A DNA stretch of 64,000 nucleotides from Synechococcus sp. Lineage in GTDB: Bacteria; Cyanobacteriota; Cyanobacteriia; Thermostichales; PCC-7336. Numbering within the stretch: position 1 is the stretch's first letter; each line of letters opens with the position of its first letter. Below are positions 10,895-20,916 of this stretch, one piece after another. A program made the translations under genes and the position numbers. A model generated the notes under the pieces. It was not told the DNA's origin, ran no database searches, and was given only the letters and a program-made list of their open reading frames with translations. The DNA lies in assembly GCA_051439425.1 (NCBI GenBank), contig JBFRWD010000178.1, positions 37,931-101,930 of the forward strand, written 5' to 3'.

Positions 10895-11848
10895 CTAGAA
10901 CCGAGTCATCTTACGGGGATCTTTGTAGTTGCTCTCGCGTAGCTTTTTCGTAATGCGCTCAAAGTATTCCAACAGGTACCCCTCTAGCGTTGTTAACTCC
11001 TTAGAGTCAACTCCGAGCAGAGTATAGACCTCTTCCATCTCGGCATGCATGGGCTTACCGCTGGCCAATACCTCGGAGAAGGCTAGGCGATCGGCGATGT
11101 TCCATGTCCACTGGAAGAAGTTTAAGACTCTGCGGGCTCCACGCAACAAGCCCAACGGCATTGTGCTGATCTTGGCTCTGTTGCTGGACATACGTTCGCA
11201 AAGGGAAATTACCTCGCGAGGTTCCCAGCCGCGACTGCCGGATAATGGCAATACTTTGCGAATAGCCCCTTCGTGACCAATCGCCTTGACCGCAATTTGA
11301 GCTGCATCGATCGTGTCAATGTAGGAAATAGGAGTGGGAGGATCGGTGGTCCAAACCACTTGATCTTCCAAGATTGGGATAGCGTACTGACCGATCAGTC
11401 CCTGCATGAAGCCACAGGGTCTAAAGATGGTGTAGGGCACCAGCGATCGCTTCAGATATTCCTCAACATGGTGCTTGCAGCTCATCAGCGGCACGTCGGG
11501 GAATTCTTCCGAGCGATCAATAGAGAAGAAAATAAACTGCTTCACTTCTGCAGCTCGGGCAGCATTGATTAGAGCGACTTTGCCGTCCCAATCCACCTGC
11601 TTCATACTCAGGCTGCTGGAGGGACGCACGGTGGCACAGTCCACCACCACATCAATACCTTCTAGTGCAAATGGCAGCGTCTCGGGACGCACTAGGTTTC
11701 CGACTTTGATAGTTGCTCCCCACTCGCACAAGAATGCGCCCTTATCGGGGATGCGAACCATGCAAGTGACCGAATGGCCAGCCTCGATTGCCTTGCGAGC
11801 AACTTGGCGACCCAGAGTTCCGGTAGCTCCGACTATCAGTACATTCAT
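10895..11848 (-). CDS. ycf39: Ycf39-family atypical SDR (PSII assembly)
   Basis: GATGTLGRQV, VDWDGKVALI..A, GFMQGLIGQYAIPILE, WNIADRLAF. Confidence 0.9.
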   Translation of the reverse strand: MNVLIVGATGTLGRQVARKAIEAGHSVTCMVRIPDKGAFLCEWGATIKVGNLVRPETLPFALEGIDVVVDCATVRPSSSLSMKQVDWDGKVALINAARAAEVKQFIFFSIDRSEEFPDVPLMSCKHHVEEYLKRSLVPYTIFRPCGFMQGLIGQYAIPILEDQVVWTTDPPTPISYIDTIDAAQIAVKAIGHEGAIRKVLPLSGSRGWEPREVISLCERMSSNRAKISTMPLGLLRGARRVLNFFQWTWNIADRLAFSEVLASGKPMHAEMEEVYTLLGVDSKELTTLEGYLLEYFERITKKLRESNYKDPRKMTRF

Positions 11849-11968
11849 GAAACTTTGTATTTCTTAATGTCCCAACAGTCTATCAGAAGTTGAAGGTTGT
11901 CACGGGGGGTGGCTCAACTGCCGCGGGTAGGTAAAACCAGCTGTATTGGACTGCCATCTGGCAGGACA

Positions 11969-13093
11969 TTAAGTCGTTGGCAGCGTTAGAAGTTGCGTCA
12001 CCATTGCGATGGTGTCTTCATAGAGTTTGTCTTGACCGGCACGCTGTAATTGTTGAGCCAGTAGAGTTTCAGCAGTTTGCTGCTCGACGGGTGAAACTTG
12101 CTGAATGCGGCAACTCTGCGCCCCGCCCTTGACTTCCATGCGCATGCAGCCGGTGGTTTCAGAACACAGGACGGTGCAAGCATCGGCATTGGGATCGGTA
12201 GAATTCAGTCGCAAGCCCACCAGCTCGCCGGGGGTGGGGGTGACGGTGGGAACCGAGGCTAACTCCACTTGAATGTCATCTCGGCTATTGGTTTTGAAGA
12301 TGAGGCGGTCGATCAGGTAGTCGTGCTCTTTGCATTGTTGGCGAGAAACAGGTTGCCAGCCCAAACGACTGGCGAACCAGCCCAAATACATCCAGGCTTG
12401 GCTGGGGTTGTCGGCTTGGTAGTCGATGGTGACACGATCGATCGCCCCGAGCGAACTGCGGCGCTCGGGGGGGTCAAAGGCTTGGGCAGTCAGTTCTTGC
12501 CAGGAGTTAAGCCGCCGCCAGTTCAAATCACCAACATAGTTTCCGCTGTCGGCCAGTTGGCGCATTTCTCGCAAATCCTCTTCAGGATTTATAAAGGTGC
12601 TGGAATCAACAATGATGCGGTGGCTGGCGCTGACGAGCAGTTGGAAGAGACGACTTTGAAGGTCGAGATCTCCTTGCCACCATAGATAAGTTGGCAGATC
12701 GGCAATCAGCAGCGACGAGATGGTGCTGCAGGTGCGTTCGAAAGCGGTGGGGGAGGCTTGTAGGGTGATGTATTCACAACACACCAGAGCTCCTTTGTCT
12801 TGGCGAATTGGGCAGTAAGCGGCCACTTGAGCTTGCAGGACGTCTCCCTGACCTTCAGGGAGTGACTGGAGATTGATGACGCGGCAGGGATTTTGGGAGG
12901 CGATCGCCTCAACGGTGGAGGGCAATGCTAGGTTCACCCGTTCGGGGGACTCGTAAACGATCAGGTTGAAGGTGGCTGCGCGAGCGGCAACGCTATCCCC
13001 TTTTGCGGTCCAGATGTTGTTGAGTTCGGCTTGGATTTCTTCGACAGATACGTCTTTGGGGGCCTGAAGGGGGAGGACGGCAGCGGTGTCCAT
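11969..13093 (-). CDS. opcA: Glucose-6-phosphate dehydrogenase assembly/activator protein OpcA (short form)
   Basis: LQAPKDVS, RAATFNL, QVAAYCPI, VCCEYI, DLNWRRL..WQELTA, CSETTGCMRME. Confidence 0.92.
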   Translation of the reverse strand: MDTAAVLPLQAPKDVSVEEIQAELNNIWTAKGDSVAARAATFNLIVYESPERVNLALPSTVEAIASQNPCRVINLQSLPEGQGDVLQAQVAAYCPIRQDKGALVCCEYITLQASPTAFERTCSTISSLLIADLPTYLWWQGDLDLQSRLFQLLVSASHRIIVDSSTFINPEEDLREMRQLADSGNYVGDLNWRRLNSWQELTAQAFDPPERRSSLGAIDRVTIDYQADNPSQAWMYLGWFASRLGWQPVSRQQCKEHDYLIDRLIFKTNSRDDIQVELASVPTVTPTPGELVGLRLNSTDPNADACTVLCSETTGCMRMEVKGGAQSCRIQQVSPVEQQTAETLLAQQLQRAGQDKLYEDTIAMVTQLLTLPTT

Positions 13094-13409
13094 GAATCGA
13101 TCCTGCGGATAGGGTCTCTTTGATTTTAATGAACCTATCTAAGACTGGTATGAGATTTAAGCTTCCTTCTCGATATGTGAGGAATAGGTAACAGGCTGTG
13201 CAGGACTTACGAAGGCAAGATGGTATTCCTCAATACACAATCTTCATTTGCTCTAGCAGAACAGCACTAATGCTTTCTGACTTTTTGACCAGGATATCGT
13301 GAAATCATCTGGGACCTCAAGTATACATATAAGAAATTTTCAGCCAGTACTTGCTTATGCTCTCTTTGCAATATTTACAAAGATTTTCTCTGACAATAGT
13401 AAGTTTTCC

Positions 13410-14045
13410 AAAACACCCCAAATCGTATAGAAGCATTACTCAAATAGATCGCAGAAATTAGCATTTCTAGACTTAGGTCTATTTCTTCTGCACAAAAGAC
13501 AAACAGGGACTATCTTAATCAATCTCAATCGTCTGAATATGCGATCGCAGCATTGATCAATTAGCGTATTTCACATGCTTCTGGAACCGTCTTTTTCAAG
13601 GGATTGGGAGGAATGGAGACGTTACCCATCAGTATACCTGCTGCACTTGTGGCATCTTACGCTTTAGGTGCAAATACGGTTGCTGCTACAGCATATATTT
13701 GAGGGTACAATAATAATTGTGGCCAAGTAAGAACAATGATGTTTCTATGTTTGTTTGGCGAAGCAATTTTGAGAGCCTCAGGAATAATAACTGGTACAAA
13801 ACTAGCTAAGAGCCTGATCCAGCAGATTTCAGAGAAAAAACTGATAGAAGTCCATAAGAGAATTGGATTTAGATTGGTTACAAAGGCTGCTGAAAAAGGT
13901 GCCATAAACCTGATGAAAATGGTTTCTCTTGCTGGGAGATGTTGGGGGCGAATTTGATAGCTTGTTCGTCAGGACACGTGGAAGAACAGCAAAGAAGATA
14001 TTTAATGCGGAAGGGGATATCGAAACTAGAGAACCGGCAGCCTAA
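13410..14045 (+). pseudogene. EcsC-family protein pseudogene
   Basis: Reconstructed reading ..GLGGMETLPISIPA..SYALGANT..AYI*GY...IGFRLVTKAAEKGAINLMKMV. In-frame stops at 13445, 13562 and 13700; a frameshift near 13938 continues GGEFDSLFV..GRTAKKIF to TAA at 14043-14045. The 5' boundary is approximate. Confidence 0.8.
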
Positions 14046-14209
14046 GTTGAGGGGCTGTCGATCTTGGAATGACATCGCTTGGAGTTTGTATGCAGCGGGC
14101 ACTACTGTCATTTGTGGCGTCGATCCACTATAAAGGGGACATAAAAAGTAGCGATGAGTACATAATCCCCGACTAAGATCTGGGCATCTGCCGCGACCCG
14201 GAGAGCCCC

Positions 14210-16171
14210 ATGAGTGCAACTGTCGATTCCAGCGCTATCGAATCCATCCTGCAGGAAGACCGGAGCTTCGACCCTCCTGCAAACTTCGTTGCCTCCACGC
14301 GGGTCAACTCCCAGCAGTATCAAGACATGGTGGCAGCCGCCAAAGCTGACCCTGCAAAATTTTGGGGGGAGTTAGCCAACTCCGAACTGGACTGGTTCGA
14401 GCCCTGGAAACAGGCCCTCGACTGGCAGCTTCCCTTCGCCAAATGGTTCGTCGGAGGCAAACTCAACCTCTCCTACAACTGCCTCGATCGCCATCTCACC
14501 ACCCATCGTCGCAATAAAGCCGCCATTATCTGGGAAGGCGAACCCGGCGATTCTCGTACCATTACATACGCCCAACTGCATCGCGAAGTCTGTCAGTTTG
14601 CCAATGCCCTCAAGTCTTTGGGCGTCACCAAAGGCGACCGGATCGGAATCTACATGCCGATGATTCCCGAAGCAGCGATCGCAATGCTGGCCTGTGCCCG
14701 CATTGGAGCACCCCACTCCATCGTGTTTGGTGGATTTAGTGCAGAAGCTTTGCGAGATCGCCTCAACGATGCCGAAGCCAAAGTAGTGATTACTGCCGAT
14801 GGTGGCTTTCGCAAAGACAAGATTGTGTCTTTAAAGCCCCAAGTGGACGCGGCGATCGCCGACGGACAAGCCCCATCCGTTCAACACGTCTTGGTAGTAC
14901 AGCGCACCCAGCACGACGTCGACATGCAAGCGGGCCGAGATGTGTGGTGGCACGAGCTGCAGCCCACCATGAGTGCCGATTGCCCTGCCGAGCCCATGGA
15001 TAGCGAGGATCTGCTGTTCATCCTCTACACCTCCGGCACCACCGGCAAACCTAAAGGGGTGGTTCACACCACGGGCGGCTACAGCCTCTACACCCACATG
15101 ACCACCCAATGGGTGTTCGATCTCAAAGAAACCGATGTCTATTGGTGCACCGCCGACGTTGGCTGGATTACCGGCCACAGCTACATTGTTTACGGCCCGC
15201 TTTCTAATGGTGCGACCACAGTCATGTTTGAGGGAGCCCCTCGCCCCTCCAAGCCGGGAGCGCTCTGGGAAGTGGTGGAAAAATACGGCGTCAATATTTT
15301 CTACACTGCTCCAACTGCCATTCGCGCCTTTATCAAAGCCGGGGAAGAGATTCCCAATCAGTACGACCTATCCTCTCTGCGCCTGTTGGGTACAGTCGGC
15401 GAACCGATTAATCCCGACGTTTGGATGTGGTATCGCCGGGTAATTGGGGGCGATCGTTGTCCAATCGTCGATACTTGGTGGCAAACGGAAACTGGCGGTA
15501 TCACCATTACCTCTCTCCCCGGGGCCGTTCCCTCCAAACCCGGAGCGGCTGGGTTACCCTTACCAGGGATTCAAGCGGATGTTGTCACTCTTGATGGCAA
15601 CTCCGTTCCGGCCAGTCAGGGAGGATTTTTGATCGTTAAGCAACCCTGGCCCGGAATGCTGCGCAATGTCTATGGAGATCCAGAGCGATTCCGCAGAACG
15701 TATTTCGGCGATGTTGAAGGGGCTTACTTTGCTGGGGATGGCGCTCGTAAGGATGCGGATGGATATTTCTGGGTCATGGGTCGGGTCGATGATGTCATTA
15801 ACGTCTCCGGACACAGGCTGGGGACGATGGAGGTTGAATCAGCGCTGGTCTCCCATCCCGTTGTTGCTGAAGCTGCGGTGGTGGGCCGTCCCGATGACTT
15901 GAAAGGACAAGCAATCGCGGCCTTTGTCACACTCGAAGGAACTCAAACCGGCTCCGAAACAACGATCACCGAACTGAAACAGCACGTAGTCAAAGAAATC
16001 GGGGCGATCGCCCGACCGGACGACATTCACTTTACCGATGCCCTGCCAAAGACGCGATCGGGCAAAATCATGCGGCGATTACTACGAAACTTGGCCGCTG
16101 GAGAGGACATTGCAGGGGACACATCCACGCTGGAAGATCGCTCGGTGCTTGAAAAATTGCGACTCTCTTAG
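14210..16171 (+). CDS. acs: Acetyl-CoA synthetase (AMP-forming)
   Basis: [45 protein letters not shown]. Confidence 0.98.
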   Translation: MSATVDSSAIESILQEDRSFDPPANFVASTRVNSQQYQDMVAAAKADPAKFWGELANSELDWFEPWKQALDWQLPFAKWFVGGKLNLSYNCLDRHLTTHRRNKAAIIWEGEPGDSRTITYAQLHREVCQFANALKSLGVTKGDRIGIYMPMIPEAAIAMLACARIGAPHSIVFGGFSAEALRDRLNDAEAKVVITADGGFRKDKIVSLKPQVDAAIADGQAPSVQHVLVVQRTQHDVDMQAGRDVWWHELQPTMSADCPAEPMDSEDLLFILYTSGTTGKPKGVVHTTGGYSLYTHMTTQWVFDLKETDVYWCTADVGWITGHSYIVYGPLSNGATTVMFEGAPRPSKPGALWEVVEKYGVNIFYTAPTAIRAFIKAGEEIPNQYDLSSLRLLGTVGEPINPDVWMWYRRVIGGDRCPIVDTWWQTETGGITITSLPGAVPSKPGAAGLPLPGIQADVVTLDGNSVPASQGGFLIVKQPWPGMLRNVYGDPERFRRTYFGDVEGAYFAGDGARKDADGYFWVMGRVDDVINVSGHRLGTMEVESALVSHPVVAEAAVVGRPDDLKGQAIAAFVTLEGTQTGSETTITELKQHVVKEIGAIARPDDIHFTDALPKTRSGKIMRRLLRNLAAGEDIAGDTSTLEDRSVLEKLRLS

Positions 16172-16425
16172 GTATAAGTAACTAAACGTTAAGCTGTAGT
16201 CGCAGCTCTAAAGATACTCTGTACTTCGTATCCATAGCTTTCAGGCTAGAGGGTCGGAGCCTAGGGATTCTCTGAAGGGCGCAGCCTCTACAGCAACAAA
16301 GTGCTAGAAAAAGCAATGTTGCAACGGTAACTGACTTTAGGGTCACCCCAAGTTAGTTTGTGTAGCCGGCACCGATAAATTGCCGTTTTTGACGACCAGT
16401 AACTGTCCAGGAGAGCACCGAACAG

Positions 16426-17322
16426 ATGGCCGACACCATTGTTGTAGATAAGAAATCCCTTCAGGTAAATAAGTACCGTCCTAAAGCTCCCTTTGTAGCG
16501 AAAACCCTAGAGAACTATCCCATTGTCAAGGATGGTGCTCCTGGAGATACTCGCCACATTGTCATCGACCTTGAAGGCAGCGGCATCGAATACGTTGAAG
16601 GTCAAAGTATTGGCGTGGTTCCTCCCGGCACCACTGAAGACGGCAAGCCCCACAAGCTCCGTCTCTACTCCATCGCATCCAGCCGCTATGGTGACGATGG
16701 CGGTCGTAAAACCGTATCCTTTAGCATTAAGCGTCTGGTATACAACCACCCCGAAACTGGTGAGGAAGTGAAGGGTGTATGCTCTAACTTCTTGTGCGAC
16801 CTCAACCCTGGCGACGAGGTTATGTTGACGGGTCCCGTTGGCAAGAGCTTCCTACTGCCAAACGACTTAGACGCCACTATTGTTCTGATCGCTACCGGTA
16901 CAGGTATCGCCCCCTTCCGCGCATTTATCCGTCACCTGCTGGACGAGCGGAATGACTTCAAAGGCAAGATTTGGTTATTCTTCGGCGTACCCACCAGCTC
17001 AGCCATCCTCTATCACGAGGATTTGGAGGACTACGCTGCTCGCTTCCCTGACAATTTCAAGATTGACTACGCCATCAGCCGCGAGCAAAAAACCGAAGAT
17101 GGCAAGAAGATGTACGTCCAAAATCGGATGGCCGACTACACCGATGAACTGTGGGAGCTGTTGAAGAAAGACAATACCTACACTTACATCTGCGGCCTCA
17201 AAGGCATGGAAGATGGCATCAACGAAATTATGTCTCCCAAGGCAGAAGCTGAGGGCAAAGAATGGGTTAACGTTCAGCGTGCGCTGAAAAAATCCCACAA
17301 CTGGCACGAAGAAACCTACTAA
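16426..17322 (+). CDS. petH: Ferredoxin-NADP+ reductase, short form without CpcD-like domain
   Basis: RLYSIAS, GVCSNFLC, ATGTGIAPFR, YICGLKGM, C-terminal aromatic WHEETY; RBS AGGAGA. Confidence 0.96.
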   Translation: MADTIVVDKKSLQVNKYRPKAPFVAKTLENYPIVKDGAPGDTRHIVIDLEGSGIEYVEGQSIGVVPPGTTEDGKPHKLRLYSIASSRYGDDGGRKTVSFSIKRLVYNHPETGEEVKGVCSNFLCDLNPGDEVMLTGPVGKSFLLPNDLDATIVLIATGTGIAPFRAFIRHLLDERNDFKGKIWLFFGVPTSSAILYHEDLEDYAARFPDNFKIDYAISREQKTEDGKKMYVQNRMADYTDELWELLKKDNTYTYICGLKGMEDGINEIMSPKAEAEGKEWVNVQRALKKSHNWHEETY

Positions 17323-17348
17323 GTCTCCCGACTGCCTTAATTACAGTT

Positions 17349-17380
17349 AAACCAGCCTCGAATTGTAGGCTGGTTTTTTT
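17349..17380 (+). terminator. Intrinsic terminator after petH
   Basis: AAACCAGCCT...AGGCTGGTTT stem running into a T-tract. Confidence 0.85.
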
Positions 17381-17576
17381 ATTCGCATTCGCCCCCCTCC
17401 TGTCAGAGGGCTCAAACAGTTGCCTCACTCCCATTACCAAATGACGTTAAGTCACCTCCAAAAGAGCCGGAGAGTAAGTTAGGTTTTGTCTCAACTAGGA
17501 GAGGCACACGCAACGATCGTTCCATTCCCTCGGCTCAGCAACTTCTCAGCTTTTTTCTTAAAGTGGCGGCTAGGGT

Positions 17577-18739
17577 ATGACTATCCCAATTCTTTGCGCA
17601 GCTGTGGCAACCCGTACCTTAACTCCCGAGATCGCTCCGTCAGTTTCCCTCAGTCGCCCCCTTCCGCCCCTCGATCGCCTGCATATCGAAGTCACAAATG
17701 TCTGCAACTTTAAATGCGAGTTTTGCCCCGACGCCATCATGGAACGCAAGCGGGGGCATATCGATTTAAAGCTCCTAGAGGGGCTTCTGGATGAAATTGC
17801 CGAGACGGGATTGGCGCGGATTATTACCTTTCATCTGATGGGAGAACCACTGATATATCCCCACATTTTTGAAGCGATCGCCCTGGCCGTAGAACGTAAT
17901 CTAGAGTTGCATCTGACCACTAACGGCAGTACCTTCGCCATCCGCCCGGGGCACATCGAACAGTTGGTGGCATCCGGTATCCCCAAAGTCACAATTTCAC
18001 TGCAAACGCCAGATACAAAAACCTTCAGTATTCGGGGCGCTCCCCCACGCCTCTCGCCCGAGCACTATTTCTCAGGCATTACCCAATACGTACAAGCAAA
18101 CTTAACAGCCACAGATTCCCCCACCCGAATCAACATCAAATTCCTCGACTCCACCCCCCATCCTTTCCTCGTTCCTCACAAACCGCTCAAAATTGTAGAA
18201 GGGCGAGAGCAGATGCAAGCGGAGCTGAATCGCTGGGCCGATATTCTCTTCGAGGGTTACCCCCACCCCCCAATCGCCAGTGGATGGCTCAACAGATTTC
18301 CAAGCACAAACCTGGCCGGTGGCAAGTGGTCGACCTGCACCCCAAACTGGGTCTAGAAACGTTTCCGCTGGATAGTTGGGGCAATGTCGAACTAGGGGCC
18401 GATGTCGTTCCCGCCAAGTTCGGCACCTGCAATGGTGCTTCTCGACAAGCAGGGGTGTTGTACGACGGAACTGTAGTGCCCTGCTGCAAAGACTATGAAG
18501 GTTTGATTCCCCTTGGAAACGTCAACGAGTGCTCGCTGCAAGAGATTTTGGGCGATCGGCCCGCCTGCGCCCTACGATCCGATTTCAATCACCTCAAAAT
18601 TAGCAATCCCGTCTGCCAGCGCTGCATCGGAGCCGACACCCCTCCAAAAGCCATCGCTCGCCAAATAGCCTCGATCGCCTACTTCAAGCTCTACTCCCCC
18701 CTAATGCGCAAACTCCACCCCAACTGGGGCGACGTTTAG
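17577..18739 (+). pseudogene. Radical SAM/SPASM(twitch) protein split by a frameshift at the C-run 18266-18271 (pseudogene, phase variant or sequencing error)
   Basis: ORF1 has CNFKCEFC, LMGEP and TTNG. ORF2 has C..(GVLYDG.VVPCC.D)...LGNV...CQRC. One extra C joins them as GYPHPPNRQWMAQQ. Confidence 0.8.
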
Positions 18740-18775
18740 GCAAATGCATCAAAACTAAATGACTAATGGCCCGGA

Positions 18776-18852
18776 TTTGTCTTTGGTCCTTTGTCTTTGG
18801 TCCTTTGTCCTTTGTCCTTGGTCTTTGGTCCTTGGTCCTTGGTCCTTGGTCC
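18776..18852. repeat. STRR-like heptamer tandem array TT(G/T)GTC(C/T) x11
   Basis: Eleven consecutive 7-nt units read directly from the sequence. Confidence 0.92.
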
Positions 18853-18861
18853 TGTATCACC

Positions 18862-18900
18862 ACTAATGACTAATGACTAATGACCCATGACGAATGACCA
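18862..18900. repeat. STRR-like heptamer array (AATGAC[T/C/G], about 5 degenerate units)
   Basis: ACTAATGACTAATGACTAATGACCCATGACGAATGACC. Confidence 0.8.
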
Positions 18901-18997
18901 ATCCCCCATCCCCCCGAACCCAAATATGCGCAAACCTGAATCCTCCTCCTCAATCCCATCTGCTACAACAAACCTGTAAAAGCCAATCCCTTTCACC

Positions 18998-20080
18998 ATG
19001 AAACGGCTTCGTTCCTTCACCTCTCTATTCGCTCTGGCGATCGCCTTCGCCCCCACAAGTGTTCTCAACCGCCTTGCCATCGCCAATACCTTTCTCTCGG
19101 GCGACGTAGACGGTAATGGCCAAGTCAATACTGCTGATTTGGAACTGCTGTCAGATTATCTTGCCGGAACCATCACCTTAGTGGACGATCAGATTGCAGC
19201 AGCCGATGTAGACCAAGACGGAGTCATCACCCAAGCGGACTACACCCAATTGTCCAGCAGTATCCAAGCAGCCTCTCCTCGCATTAACTCTGAAGTTCAG
19301 TTGAATTCTGCCTATTCCGGTCAGGTGATCGATCGCGCCACAGGCGACCCCTTGGCCAACGTAGCGGTGGATATTCCCGGTGCAGGGGTGTCCGTTCGCA
19401 CCGACAGTCAGGGACGCTTCACACTGCCCGAAAACGTTCCGTCAGACGAAATCCTGACCGCCAAGCTAGAAGACTACACCCCCTTTTCTCAAACCACCTC
19501 CGGTGACGGTGAACCATTACGCGTTGAATTGGATCGGTTAAACGAAAACACTACGCACGTCTTGCAGACTGATGTCGTGCATTTAGGGGACGATCAATAT
19601 TCGGAACAATCGGCCGGAGCGCAAGATTTTCGATTGAGAGCGCAGGGACGGGAAATGGTGCGCCAATTTCGTTTGGAACGCATTCCTTCCCAGCCCGCCG
19701 AATTGGTGATTGGTTCCCTGATTGGGCTGGATACCGCCGAAGCTGTGCAGGCCGGTCAGTCCGGTATTGCCACTGCCGACATGTCCCCGATGGAGATCGA
19801 ACTCAACGGTCAAACGATTCACACCATCAGCGTGGCTGCTGATAATATTCGCATTCCGCTATTCCCCAGCGATCTGCGACCGGGTCAAAATACAGTCGTG
19901 ATCCGCACGGGAAAAGTCAGTCAGGTGGTTTCCACGCAGCGGCGTGGCCCATCCATCGCCATTCCCTTTTTTGGGGGTAGCATGCGCACGCGATTACCCG
20001 TCGGTCAACGACTTAACGGCATTCCTCTGACCGATCACGATGATGTGGAGTTAGCCAACGTCCGAGTAGAAGTTCCTTAA
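18998..20080 (+). CDS. Secreted protein: type I dockerin + carboxypeptidase-regulatory-like domain + C-terminal beta-sandwich
   Basis: Signal peptide; duplicated Ca-binding loops GDVDGNGQVNTADL and ADVDQDGVITQADY; SGQVIDRATGDPLANVAV...TDSQGRFTL. Confidence 0.82.
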   Translation: MKRLRSFTSLFALAIAFAPTSVLNRLAIANTFLSGDVDGNGQVNTADLELLSDYLAGTITLVDDQIAAADVDQDGVITQADYTQLSSSIQAASPRINSEVQLNSAYSGQVIDRATGDPLANVAVDIPGAGVSVRTDSQGRFTLPENVPSDEILTAKLEDYTPFSQTTSGDGEPLRVELDRLNENTTHVLQTDVVHLGDDQYSEQSAGAQDFRLRAQGREMVRQFRLERIPSQPAELVIGSLIGLDTAEAVQAGQSGIATADMSPMEIELNGQTIHTISVAADNIRIPLFPSDLRPGQNTVVIRTGKVSQVVSTQRRGPSIAIPFFGGSMRTRLPVGQRLNGIPLTDHDDVELANVRVEVP

Positions 20081-20268
20081 CTCTGGAGAATGAGAGTAGC
20101 GCTTTCTCGAATGAAACATAACCTAGGGGGAATCTAGACAGTAACAACCTCTAGTGGGCTGCAATACGGGCGAGAGTAACAATTCTGCAAATCTGTCAGT
20201 ATGCGATGGTGGGAAACGGAGATATTATTGCTGCCTAGGGTGAATTAGGCTTGACGGAGACGACGCCA

Positions 20269-20838
20269 ATGGCCACCTCCACAGTCGAAATTTTGGACTC
20301 GGCAGAGGTTCGTCGCACGTTGACTCGACTGGCCTCAGAAATTATCGAACATCACCCCGATCTGGCTCAAGTTGTCTTGCTGGGCATTCGGACTCGCGGT
20401 GTGCCATTGGCTCATCGATTAGCCGGACAAATTCAACGATTGGAAGCCAGCCAGCGTGGAGCTGATTTCAGCGAAATGAACGTGGCGGTCGGAGCGTTAG
20501 ATATTACATTCTACAGAGACGATTTGGAACGGCTGCATATGCGCACGCCCGATCCCAGCGACTTGCCTTGTGACATCACCAATCGCCAGGTGATTTTAGT
20601 TGATGATGTCATCTACAGCGGGCGCACTATCAGAGCCGCATTGGAAGCAATTAACGGATTTGGCCGCCCACAGTTTGTTCGTCTGGCAGTCTTGATCGAT
20701 CGCGGCCATCGAGATTTACCCATTCATCCAGACTACGTTGGCAAAGCATTGCCCACTGCTAAATCGGAAAGTGTCAGAGTCAATGTGGCAGAGCTGGATG
20801 GCGAGGATCGCGTCTTTTTGCAGCGGGCAACGGATTGA
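20269..20838 (+). CDS. pyrR: Bifunctional pyr regulator / uracil phosphoribosyltransferase
   Basis: [50 protein letters not shown]. Confidence 0.96.
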   Translation: MATSTVEILDSAEVRRTLTRLASEIIEHHPDLAQVVLLGIRTRGVPLAHRLAGQIQRLEASQRGADFSEMNVAVGALDITFYRDDLERLHMRTPDPSDLPCDITNRQVILVDDVIYSGRTIRAALEAINGFGRPQFVRLAVLIDRGHRDLPIHPDYVGKALPTAKSESVRVNVAELDGEDRVFLQRATD

Positions 20839-20916
20839 GTCATCTGACAGACAAGCGACTCTCTATCTCCAGTTCCCGACTATGGTGATGGTTAAGATTG
20901 CTAGTTGATTTGCTCT

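Noticed and set aside
18776..18900. Possible CRISPR array
   Set aside because: 7-nt tandem units with no unique spacers, and no cas genes in the window.
20081..20268. PyrR attenuator upstream of pyrR
   Set aside because: No PyrR-binding loop consensus or terminator/antiterminator pair visible.
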